From contig JBAZPX010000005.1 in the NCBI GenBank assembly GCA_041645555.1, positions 1-62,422 on the forward strand: a stretch of 62,422 nt of DNA, given 5' to 3'. Positions 43,161-50,878 of the stretch are shown here, piece after piece (position 1 is the stretch's first letter; each line of letters opens with the position of its first letter). Under the pieces are notes generated by a model, which did not search any database, was not told the origin of the DNA, and saw only the letters and a program-made list of their open reading frames with translations. Made by a program: the position numbers and the translations under genes. This stretch comes from Patescibacteria group bacterium (GTDB lineage Bacteria; Patescibacteriota; Patescibacteriia; Patescibacteriales; JAQTRU01).

Positions 43161-43198
43161 AGCGGGATTTACCAAAAGTCCCGCTTTTTCTTTTTTCT
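43161..43198 (+). terminator. Intrinsic terminator after the three-paralog operon
   Basis: AGCGGGA (43161-43167) / TCCCGCT (43179-43185), then TTTTTCTTTTTTCTT. Confidence 0.8.
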
Positions 43199-43317
43199 TG
43201 ACTTTTAATCTTTTTTATTTAATAATATCTATAGATTAAGAAAGTTTAAATCATTACTTTAAGCTAAGAAAAAAACTTAGTATTTTTTATTTATTATTAA
43301 GCAAAACTCAAAAATCT

Positions 43318-44169
43318 ATGGGTAAAAAGATTGGTTTTATCGGCCAGGGCTGGATCGGCAAAAATTACGCTGATAATTTTGAAAAAAGAGGCTACGAGAC
43401 CGTTCGCTACAGCCTGGAAAAGCCCTATGTCGACAACAAAGAGAAAATAAAAGATTGCGACATTGTTTTTATTGCCGTGCCGACGCCATCTACGCCGACC
43501 GGTTTTGATGACAGTATTTTAAGGCAAGCAGTGAAGTTAGTCGGGAAAGGAAAAATCGCTGTTATTAAATCAACTATGTTGCCTGGCACGACCAAATCAA
43601 TTCAGAGAGAAAATTCCGATATTTATGTTATGCATTCGCCGGAATTTTTGACAGAAGTTAACGCCGCCCACGATGCGGCTAATCCGGACAGGAATATCGT
43701 TGGTATACCCGAAGACAGTCTTCTCTTCAAGGAGAAGGCTAAAGAAGTTATGGAGGTTTTACCAGATGCGCCTTACCGCCTTATCTGCCCGGCCAAAGAA
43801 GCCGAATTAATAAAATATGGAGGCAATTGTTGGTTCTATTTTAAGGTGATTTATATTAATATGCTTTATGATTTAGCTAAGAAATTAGGTTGCCAATGGG
43901 AGACAGTCAGAGATGCAATGATCGCTGATGCCAGAATCGGGGAAACTCACCTAAATCCAGTTCATAAAGGCGGGCGCGGCGCCGGCGGCCATTGCTTCAT
44001 AAAGGATTTTGCCGCCTTTTCCGATATATACAAAAAATACATTGGCGATGAGTTTGGCTTAAAAGTTTTAGAGAGCTTAAAAGATAAAAATATTGATTTA
44101 CTGGTTTCAAGCGGCAAAGATTTGGATTTGCTGGCCGGGGTTTACGGCGAAGAAATTATAAAGAAATAA
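43318..44169 (+). CDS. UDP-glucose/GDP-mannose dehydrogenase family protein (short form)
   Basis: N-terminal Rossmann IGFIGQGWIGKN. PEFLTEVNAAHDAANPDRNIVG resembles the PEFLREG...PDR.V.G motif. The catalytic-Cys motif is GGHCFIKD. At 283 aa it lacks the usual C-terminal UDP-binding domain. Confidence 0.7.
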   Translation: MGKKIGFIGQGWIGKNYADNFEKRGYETVRYSLEKPYVDNKEKIKDCDIVFIAVPTPSTPTGFDDSILRQAVKLVGKGKIAVIKSTMLPGTTKSIQRENSDIYVMHSPEFLTEVNAAHDAANPDRNIVGIPEDSLLFKEKAKEVMEVLPDAPYRLICPAKEAELIKYGGNCWFYFKVIYINMLYDLAKKLGCQWETVRDAMIADARIGETHLNPVHKGGRGAGGHCFIKDFAAFSDIYKKYIGDEFGLKVLESLKDKNIDLLVSSGKDLDLLAGVYGEEIIKK

Positions 44170-44272
44170 TATAAGAAAATTTTCCCGCAAATTATTATGG
44201 CAGGGGAAATTCATAAAGGTTATCGGCAAAGGGTTTTCCAATAAGAATGGGACTAAAGGTGTATGGGAATGT

Positions 44273-44728
44273 GTGGAGCTGAACAAAACCAGAAATATCG
44301 TGATGATCTTGGCTCTAACGAAAAAGAAAGAGGTAATCTTGGGGAGGCAATTTCGTTTCCCGCTAGAGAAAGATATCGTGGAATTGCCGGTTGGCTTGGC
44401 GGATAAGGGCGGGGAGAGTTTGGCCGAGGCCGCAAAAAGAGAACTTTTAGAAGAAACCGGTTATAAAGCGGGCAAGCTAATTTTTGCCGGCCGGGGATAT
44501 TTTAACCAGGGGCTTACCAATAGCGAGATTTTTATTTATTTTGCCCAAAGCGCAACTTTTGTCGGCTTTGATGACGCTTCTTCTGATGACAGCGAGGAAA
44601 TAGAAGTGGTAAAAGTTCCCCTTAAAAAGTTGGCGGATTTTTGTTTAAAAAAGCACAAAAATTTTGTGGTTGACTTAAAAATTTTAAATGCTTTAAAAAT
44701 ACTGGAGAAGAAGAAAATAATTAAATAA
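44273..44728 (+). CDS. NUDIX hydrolase (ADP-ribose pyrophosphatase-like)
   Basis: Nudix box GLADKGGESLAEAAKRELLEETGY. The frame is open upstream to 44171 and encodes family-typical sequence, so the true start is probably upstream (see findings). Confidence 0.8.
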   Translation: MELNKTRNIVMILALTKKKEVILGRQFRFPLEKDIVELPVGLADKGGESLAEAAKRELLEETGYKAGKLIFAGRGYFNQGLTNSEIFIYFAQSATFVGFDDASSDDSEEIEVVKVPLKKLADFCLKKHKNFVVDLKILNALKILEKKKIIK

Positions 44729-44733
44729 ATTTT

Positions 44734-45666
44734 ATGGCAAAATGTTTGGTTACCGGGGGTGCCGGATTTGTTGGCTCTAATCTAGTTGATGAATTAATAA
44801 AAAAAGGCCACAAAGTTGCGGTCATTGATAATTTGTCAACAGGGAGAAAGGAATATTTAAACCAGAAAGCAAAATTTTATAAATTTGATGTTGGCTCTAA
44901 AAAAGTAGAGAAAATATTTAAAGCGGAAAAACCGGATTTTGTTTTTCATCTGGCCGCCCAAATTGATGTTCGGAAATCAGTAGCTGATCCGGTTTTTGAC
45001 AACAAAGTTAATGCTCTGGGCAGCATAAATATTTTTTCCGCTTGTGCTAAGAGCAAAGTAAAAAAAATTATTTTTATATCAACCGGCGGGGCTATGTATG
45101 GGGACACAGTAAGGCCGGCTGGCGAGAAGACTTTGCCTGCCCCGGATTCTCCTTATGCAGTTCATAAATTAGCGGCGGAAAAATATCTAGAGATATTCAG
45201 TAAATTATACGGTTTAGATTATATAATTTTGCGTCCCGCCAATATCTACGGGCCGCGGCAATACAAGGGCGGAGAAGGAGCGGTTATAGCGGTTTTTACT
45301 TATAATGCTTCAAGCAACAAAGAAAGCATTATATACGGCGACGGCCGGCAAACAAGGGATTTTGTTTATGTGGGGGATGTGGTTAGCGCCTGTCTGAAAG
45401 CAACGGGAAAAGGTCGCCGGGGAGTTATAAATATAAGCAGCGGCCGGGAGACTGACCTTTTCGCTTTAATTAAAGAAATCGAGAAAGTGACCAGGAAGAA
45501 AATGGAATTTGCCTATCGCAAAGCCAGGCCGGGAGAAGTAAGGAGGAGCGTTTTGGATAATAGTTTGGCTAAGAAAGTTTTAGGCTGGGAGCCAAAAATA
45601 AGTTTAGAGGAGGGGATTAAAAAAACCATTGATTGGTTAAATAAAAAAGTATGTCAAAAATATTAG
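44734..45666 (+). CDS. NAD-dependent epimerase/dehydratase (UDP-glucose 4-epimerase-like SDR)
   Basis: VTGGAGFVGSNL glycine motif and the YAVHK catalytic YxxxK. Confidence 0.88.
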   Translation: MAKCLVTGGAGFVGSNLVDELIKKGHKVAVIDNLSTGRKEYLNQKAKFYKFDVGSKKVEKIFKAEKPDFVFHLAAQIDVRKSVADPVFDNKVNALGSINIFSACAKSKVKKIIFISTGGAMYGDTVRPAGEKTLPAPDSPYAVHKLAAEKYLEIFSKLYGLDYIILRPANIYGPRQYKGGEGAVIAVFTYNASSNKESIIYGDGRQTRDFVYVGDVVSACLKATGKGRRGVINISSGRETDLFALIKEIEKVTRKKMEFAYRKARPGEVRRSVLDNSLAKKVLGWEPKISLEEGIKKTIDWLNKKVCQKY

Positions 45667-46553
45667 TTACCGGCGGCGCCGGCTTCATCGGTTCTAACTT
45701 AGTTGATGAGCTGATTAACCGGGGAGAAGAGGTAATTATAATTGATAATTTATCGGCCGGCAAAAAAGAAAACATTAACCCTAAAGCCGAATTTCACCAG
45801 GTCGATATCAGGGATTTGGATAAAATAAAACCTTTATTTAAAGGCATTGATTATGTTTTTCATCTGGCGGCTTTAACTAGCATCCAATTTTCAATTGATA
45901 ATCCGGTCGAGAGCCATGATGTAAATTTAAACGGGACTATTAATGTGTTAATCTCGGCGCGGGAGGCGGGAGCGAAAAGAGTAATTTACAGCGCTTCCTC
46001 TTCGGCCTACGGTTTGCAGGACAAATTGCCCTGGCAAGAAAATATGGTGCCGAAGGTTTTGAGCCCTTACAGTGTTCAGAAATATGTGGGCGAGTTATAT
46101 TGCCGTTCTTTTAATTTAGTTTATGGCTTAGAAACTGTTTCCTTAAGGTATTTTAACGTTTACGGAAAAAGGCAGAGGCTGGAAGGAGCTTATGCCCCGG
46201 TGATGGGTATCTTTATCAGGCAGCGTTTAGCCGGAGAACCGATGATCATTTACGGAGACGGCGGGCAAACGCGTGATTTTACGTCAGTGATTGATGTGGC
46301 GAGAGCTAATATTCTAGCGATGGAGAGTAAAAAAGTCGGCAAAGGAGAGGTGATAAATATTGGCCGGGGGAGAAATTACAGCGTCAATGAACTGGCCAAA
46401 ATGGTTGGCGGTCCGGTAAAATTTTTACCGCCTCGGATTGAAGTAAAAAAAAGCTTGGCCGATAATAGTTTAGCTAAAGAATTATTAGGCTGGGAGCCGA
46501 CGGTTAATCTGCCCCAGTGGCTAGAGGTTTATAAGAAAGAAATGGGGCTTTAG
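45651..46553 (+). CDS. NAD-dependent epimerase/dehydratase (extended SDR)
   Basis: VTGGAGFIGSNL and YSVQK (YxxxK). It overlaps the previous gene by 16 nt. Confidence 0.88.
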   Translation: MSKILVTGGAGFIGSNLVDELINRGEEVIIIDNLSAGKKENINPKAEFHQVDIRDLDKIKPLFKGIDYVFHLAALTSIQFSIDNPVESHDVNLNGTINVLISAREAGAKRVIYSASSSAYGLQDKLPWQENMVPKVLSPYSVQKYVGELYCRSFNLVYGLETVSLRYFNVYGKRQRLEGAYAPVMGIFIRQRLAGEPMIIYGDGGQTRDFTSVIDVARANILAMESKKVGKGEVINIGRGRNYSVNELAKMVGGPVKFLPPRIEVKKSLADNSLAKELLGWEPTVNLPQWLEVYKKEMGL

Positions 46554-46584
46554 GGATTTAAAATTTAAGATTTGATTTTATGAA

Positions 46585-46689
46585 CCCCGTTAGAAATCTT
46601 GCTAGAAATAAACGGATAAAAAATAGAATATTAAAAAATCAATTAGTATATTATTATGGAGAAAAAAAATAATAAAATTTCTAACGGGG
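46585..46689 (+). repeat. CCCCGTTAGAAAT-armed cassette, copy 3 (epimerase leader)
   Basis: Left arm is 46585-46597. The right arm 46677-46689 covers codons 8-12 of the ORF. A mini-ORF 46580-46672 overlaps the annotated ATG 46656. Confidence 0.85.
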
Positions 46690-47546
46690 TGAAAAAAATA
46701 TTAGTCACGGGCGGAGCCGGTTTTATCGGCTCGCATTTGATAGAGTGGCTAGTCCAGGACAAAAACAATAAAATAGTGTCTTTGGATAATTATTTTAGCG
46801 GCTCGGAAAAAAATCATATTAAGGGCGCTACCTATATAAAAGGGGAAACGAAAGATATTGAGGAGCATATTAAAGAAATTCCAGACATTGTTTATCATCT
46901 CGGAGAATATCCGCGGGTGTTAACGAGTTTTGACGATGTCTCCCTGGTCTGGAGGTTAAATATAACCGGCACCTTGGGCGTTTTGGAATTTTGTCGAAAA
47001 AATAATATAAAATTAGTGTATGCCGGCTCAAGCACAAAATTTGGCGATAATATCGGCGGCCGGACCGAGTCGCCCTACGCTTGGAGCAAAGCCAATAATA
47101 CTGAATTGGTAAATAATTACGGCCGGTGGTTTAACCTGCCGTACGTCGTAGTTTATTTTTATAATGTGTACGGCGGCCGGGAGATTTCCGAGGGGAAATA
47201 CGCCACGGTCATAGGGATTTTTTCCAGAAAATATAAGAATAAAGAGCCTTTAGCGGTTGTATCTCCGGGAACCCAAAGAAGGGCCTTTACCTATATTGAG
47301 GACACGGTAAGCGGCCTGGTCTTAGCCGGAGAAAAGGGGGAGGGCGACGGCTATTGCATAGGCTCGGAAAATACATACTCAATTTTGGAAATAGCCAAGC
47401 TTTTTGGCGGGGAAATTAAAATGCTGCCGCAGAAAAAGGGGGATAGATTGGCTTCAACCATTGATTTATCAAAAATGAAAGAATTGGGCTGGGCGGCAGA
47501 GCGTAGCGTTGAAGATTATATAAAGTCATTAAAGAATGGAAAATGA
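46656..47546 (+). CDS. NAD-dependent epimerase/dehydratase (UDP-glucuronate decarboxylase-like SDR)
   Basis: VTGGAGFIGSHL and YAWSK (YxxxK). The N-terminal 11 codons derive from the cassette. GTG 46689 would give MKKILVTGGAGFIGS, matching its two paralogs. Confidence 0.85.
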   Translation: MEKKNNKISNGVKKILVTGGAGFIGSHLIEWLVQDKNNKIVSLDNYFSGSEKNHIKGATYIKGETKDIEEHIKEIPDIVYHLGEYPRVLTSFDDVSLVWRLNITGTLGVLEFCRKNNIKLVYAGSSTKFGDNIGGRTESPYAWSKANNTELVNNYGRWFNLPYVVVYFYNVYGGREISEGKYATVIGIFSRKYKNKEPLAVVSPGTQRRAFTYIEDTVSGLVLAGEKGEGDGYCIGSENTYSILEIAKLFGGEIKMLPQKKGDRLASTIDLSKMKELGWAAERSVEDYIKSLKNGK

Positions 47547-48708
47547 AGCAAAAAAAATATTAATTTTTTCAACTGCCTATTTTCCTTTTGTCGGCGGAGC
47601 GGAAGTGGCGGTTAAAGAAATAACCGACCGGATTTCTGATATCGAGTTCAGTATGATTACGGCCAGGATGGACTCTAAACTGCCTAAATTTGAACGCCTT
47701 GGCAAGATTGATGTTTATAGAGTCGGCATCGGGTTGCCGATTTTTGATAAGCTAATACTTGCTTTTGGAGGAGCTAGGTTTGCTAAAGAATTACATAAAA
47801 AAAATAAATATGACGCTGTCTGGTCGATTATGGCGAGTTTCGGCGGTCTGGCCGCTTCCGTTTTTAAAAAGAAAAACCCGGAGGTCAAATTTTTATTAAC
47901 TTTGCAGGAAGGGGATAACCTGGCCGAAGTGGAACGCAAAGTGGCGCTTGTCAAAGGACGGTTTAAAAATATTTTTACTGGCGCCGACTATATTCAGGCC
48001 ATCAGCAATTATCTGGCGGATTGGGCTAAGAAAATGGGGGCGGTCTGCCCGATTGGGGTCGTGCCGAACGGAGTGGACATAAATCAATTTTCAATTTTCA
48101 ATTTTCAATTTTCAATTCCCGAATTTAAAAAAAAGTTAGGGATTGAGGAAAATGAAAAAGTAATAATTACAGTTTCGAGGTTGGTGGAGAAAAATGGAGT
48201 TGACGATTTAGTAAAGGCAATATCAGAATTACGAATTACGAATTACGAATTACCGGTCAGATTACTAATTTGCGGTGTAGGAGAAGAAGGAAAAAAGCTG
48301 AAAGAATTGGCAAAAAGATTAGCCGTAGATAACAAGATTTTATTTTTGGGTTATATCCCATATAGCGAATTGCCTAAATATTACGCGGTCAGCGATGTTT
48401 TCTGCCGGCCGTCTTTAACGGAAGGCCTGGGCAATGTTTTTTTGGAAGCGATGGCGGCGGGCGTGCCGGTTATTGCCACGCCGGTCGGAGGAATCCCTGA
48501 TTTTTTAAAGGATAATGAAACCGGCTGGTTCTGCCGGGTAAAAAATTCGGAAAGCATTGCGGAGAAAATAAAATTGATTTTAGACCAAAAAAATGCGGTG
48601 TCTGTAAAAAACGTATTAGATAACGCCAGGAAGATGGTCGAAGAAAAGTATGAGTGGGATAAAATTTCTAAACAGATGGATAATATATTTAATAAAATAA
48701 CAAGTTAA
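47536..48708 (+). CDS. Glycosyltransferase family 4
   Basis: C-terminal PSLTEGLGNVFLEAMAAGVPVIATPVGGIPDFLKDNETGWF (EX7E region). Confidence 0.88.
   Translation: MENEAKKILIFSTAYFPFVGGAEVAVKEITDRISDIEFSMITARMDSKLPKFERLGKIDVYRVGIGLPIFDKLILAFGGARFAKELHKKNKYDAVWSIMASFGGLAASVFKKKNPEVKFLLTLQEGDNLAEVERKVALVKGRFKNIFTGADYIQAISNYLADWAKKMGAVCPIGVVPNGVDINQFSIFNFQFSIPEFKKKLGIEENEKVIITVSRLVEKNGVDDLVKAISELRITNYELPVRLLICGVGEEGKKLKELAKRLAVDNKILFLGYIPYSELPKYYAVSDVFCRPSLTEGLGNVFLEAMAAGVPVIATPVGGIPDFLKDNETGWFCRVKNSESIAEKIKLILDQKNAVSVKNVLDNARKMVEEKYEWDKISKQMDNIFNKITS
48084..48118 (+). repeat. Heptanucleotide tandem array (TCAATTT x5) inside the GT4 ORF
   Basis: tcaattt x4 plus tcaattc. It encodes INQFSIFNFQFSI. 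Confidence 0.95.
48226..48253 (+). repeat. Heptanucleotide tandem array (GAATTAC x4) inside the GT4 ORF
   Basis: Four perfect gaattac units encoding ELRITNYEL. Confidence 0.95.
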
Positions 48709-48713
48709 AAGTT

Positions 48714-49256
48714 ATGTCAAAAAAAACAAAAATTATTATCGCGATTTCAGTAATTGTGTTGGCCGCCGCTTCCCGCTTAGCGGAGCATCCTTTCAATTTT
48801 ACTCCGATTATCGCTATGTCTATATTCGCCGGCTGCTATTTAGAGACGCGCTGGGGAATAATCTTGCCGATACTGGCTATGCTTGTCAGCGATTATTTTA
48901 TCGGTTTTTATGACTGGCAAGTTATGGCCTCGGTGTATCTGGCGATTGTTATAGCCTTCGGCATCGGCTGGGTTTTGAGAAAATATAAAAAATGGTACAA
49001 CGTGGCGTTGGCCTCTTTAGTTTCTTCCCTGGCCTTCTTTTTTATAACTAATTTCGCGGTTTGGGCCTTTTTTGACTGGTATCCGCATACTCTATCCGGG
49101 CTGGCTAATTGTTTTACTTTAGCCCTTCCGTTTTTCCGCAATAGTTTAGCCGGCGATTTGTTTTATTCCGCTTTGCTTTTTGGCCTATTTGAGTTAGCTT
49201 TGGCGTGGGACAGAAAAAGAGTAAGGGCGGTGGCGGCAGACAATAAAATTAATTAA
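48714..49256 (+). CDS. Hypothetical polytopic membrane protein (~5 TM)
   Basis: Hydrophobic throughout. It sits in a tight operon context between GT genes. Confidence 0.55.
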   Translation: MSKKTKIIIAISVIVLAAASRLAEHPFNFTPIIAMSIFAGCYLETRWGIILPILAMLVSDYFIGFYDWQVMASVYLAIVIAFGIGWVLRKYKKWYNVALASLVSSLAFFFITNFAVWAFFDWYPHTLSGLANCFTLALPFFRNSLAGDLFYSALLFGLFELALAWDRKRVRAVAADNKIN

Positions 49257-49284
49257 GCGTCAGGCAATTCCTCTAAAAGATTTT

Positions 49285-50877
49285 ATGGATAATATATATA
49301 AAAAGGGCAAGGATTTTTTTCATTCCTTGGCTCCGGGCGTTTATGGCGAAATTGAAAAATATAAATTAATTATAAAATATATTATTTCCGGCGGGATGGC
49401 GGCTTCAGTTGACCTCATCTTTTTGTATATTTTTACCGATGTCTTCGGGGTTTGGTACATAATTTCGGCTTCCCTGTCTTTTTTGATAGCTTATTTCGTA
49501 AGCTTTTCCATGCAGAAATTTTGGACTTTTCGCGACAGCGGCCGGGGAGCTATTTACCGGCAGATGTATTTATATTTTATCGTCGGGGTGGCGAACTTGC
49601 TTGTTAATGCCGGCGGCATGTATTTGTTGGTTGATGAATTTGGCATTATGTATATGCTGGCCCAGATAATTATGGGCGCTTTATTGGGTTTCAGCAGTTT
49701 TTTAATCTATAAATTTATAATTTTTGAAAAAAAGAAAATTGAAGCCAGGAGGGGAAGGGAAGGGAATTTAAGAATTTTGATTGCTACCGGCATCTTCCCG
49801 CCGGATATCGGGGGACCGGCCACTTACACAAAAATCCTGTGCGAAGAATTGCCTAGGTTCGGGTGCGAAGTTAGGGTTGTTACCTATGGCGACGGCGAAA
49901 TCGCAGATTGCGGGTGCCAAGTTTTTAAGGTTAGCCGCAAACAGAATATTATTTCCCGCTATTTAAAATATTTTTGGCGGGTCTGGAAATTGGCCGGCCG
50001 GGCGCATATAATTTATGCCCATGATTTAGTAAGCGTCGGTTTGCCCTGCGCCTTAGTTAAACTTTTTAAACCAAGATTAAAGCTGGTTATCCGTTTAGGC
50101 GGAGATTTCCTTTGGGAAAAAGCTTATAATAGCGGCTGGACAGGTAAGCCCTTAAGCCGATATTATAAGGAGCCAAAGAATTTTTCTGAGAAGATTTTTT
50201 TGCTTATTTATAAATTCGTTTTATCAAGAGGCAATAAAATAATATTTTCCACCCGCTGGCAAAAAGAAATTTATGAGAAATATTTAAAAGTTAATCCGAA
50301 TAAAGCGGATGTTATTGATAATATTTTTCCCGAATTTAGTCTGCCGGAAAAGCCGTCCGGAGATAGCAGGCGGATTTTACTGGCCGGAAGACTGATTAAG
50401 TTAAAAAATTTCGCTAAAATTTTTGCCGTGGTTAAACGGCTGCCGGAGATTAATTTATTGGTTATCGGCGAAGGGCCGGAAGAAGAAAATTTAAAAGAAT
50501 TGGCTAAGCAGTTGAAAATTGGCGACCGGGTTAATTTTAAGAAGAAACTCCCTTGGCCGGAATTGGCCAAAGAAATTTTAGGGAGCTTCTTGGTTTTAGT
50601 GCCGTCAATAACGGAAATAAGCCCGAATTTAGTCTTAGAATGCCTTAAATTAGGCCAGCCCATCTTAGTTACCCGAGAATGCGGTTTTAGAAGTAAATAT
50701 AACGAAGAACTGATTTTCATAGACCCCTTCAGCGAGGATGACATAAAAGAAAAAATAATTTATCTTTCAGACGGAAACAATTATAATAATTACCTTGAGA
50801 AAATAAAATCGATAGATACAACAAGAAATAAAATCGATTTAGCCAGAGACCATTATAATTTTTTTAAAAACTTATAA
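49285..50877 (+). CDS. GtrA-like membrane domain fused to a GT4 glycosyltransferase
   Basis: The N-terminal ~150 aa have the GtrA pattern (YIISGGMAASVDLIFLYIFTDVFG...SF..QKFWTFRD). These are followed by ILIATGIFPPDIGGPATY and a GT4-like C-terminal half. Confidence 0.78.
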   Translation: MDNIYKKGKDFFHSLAPGVYGEIEKYKLIIKYIISGGMAASVDLIFLYIFTDVFGVWYIISASLSFLIAYFVSFSMQKFWTFRDSGRGAIYRQMYLYFIVGVANLLVNAGGMYLLVDEFGIMYMLAQIIMGALLGFSSFLIYKFIIFEKKKIEARRGREGNLRILIATGIFPPDIGGPATYTKILCEELPRFGCEVRVVTYGDGEIADCGCQVFKVSRKQNIISRYLKYFWRVWKLAGRAHIIYAHDLVSVGLPCALVKLFKPRLKLVIRLGGDFLWEKAYNSGWTGKPLSRYYKEPKNFSEKIFLLIYKFVLSRGNKIIFSTRWQKEIYEKYLKVNPNKADVIDNIFPEFSLPEKPSGDSRRILLAGRLIKLKNFAKIFAVVKRLPEINLLVIGEGPEEENLKELAKQLKIGDRVNFKKKLPWPELAKEILGSFLVLVPSITEISPNLVLECLKLGQPILVTRECGFRSKYNEELIFIDPFSEDDIKEKIIYLSDGNNYNNYLEKIKSIDTTRNKIDLARDHYNFFKNL

Positions 50878-50878
50878 A

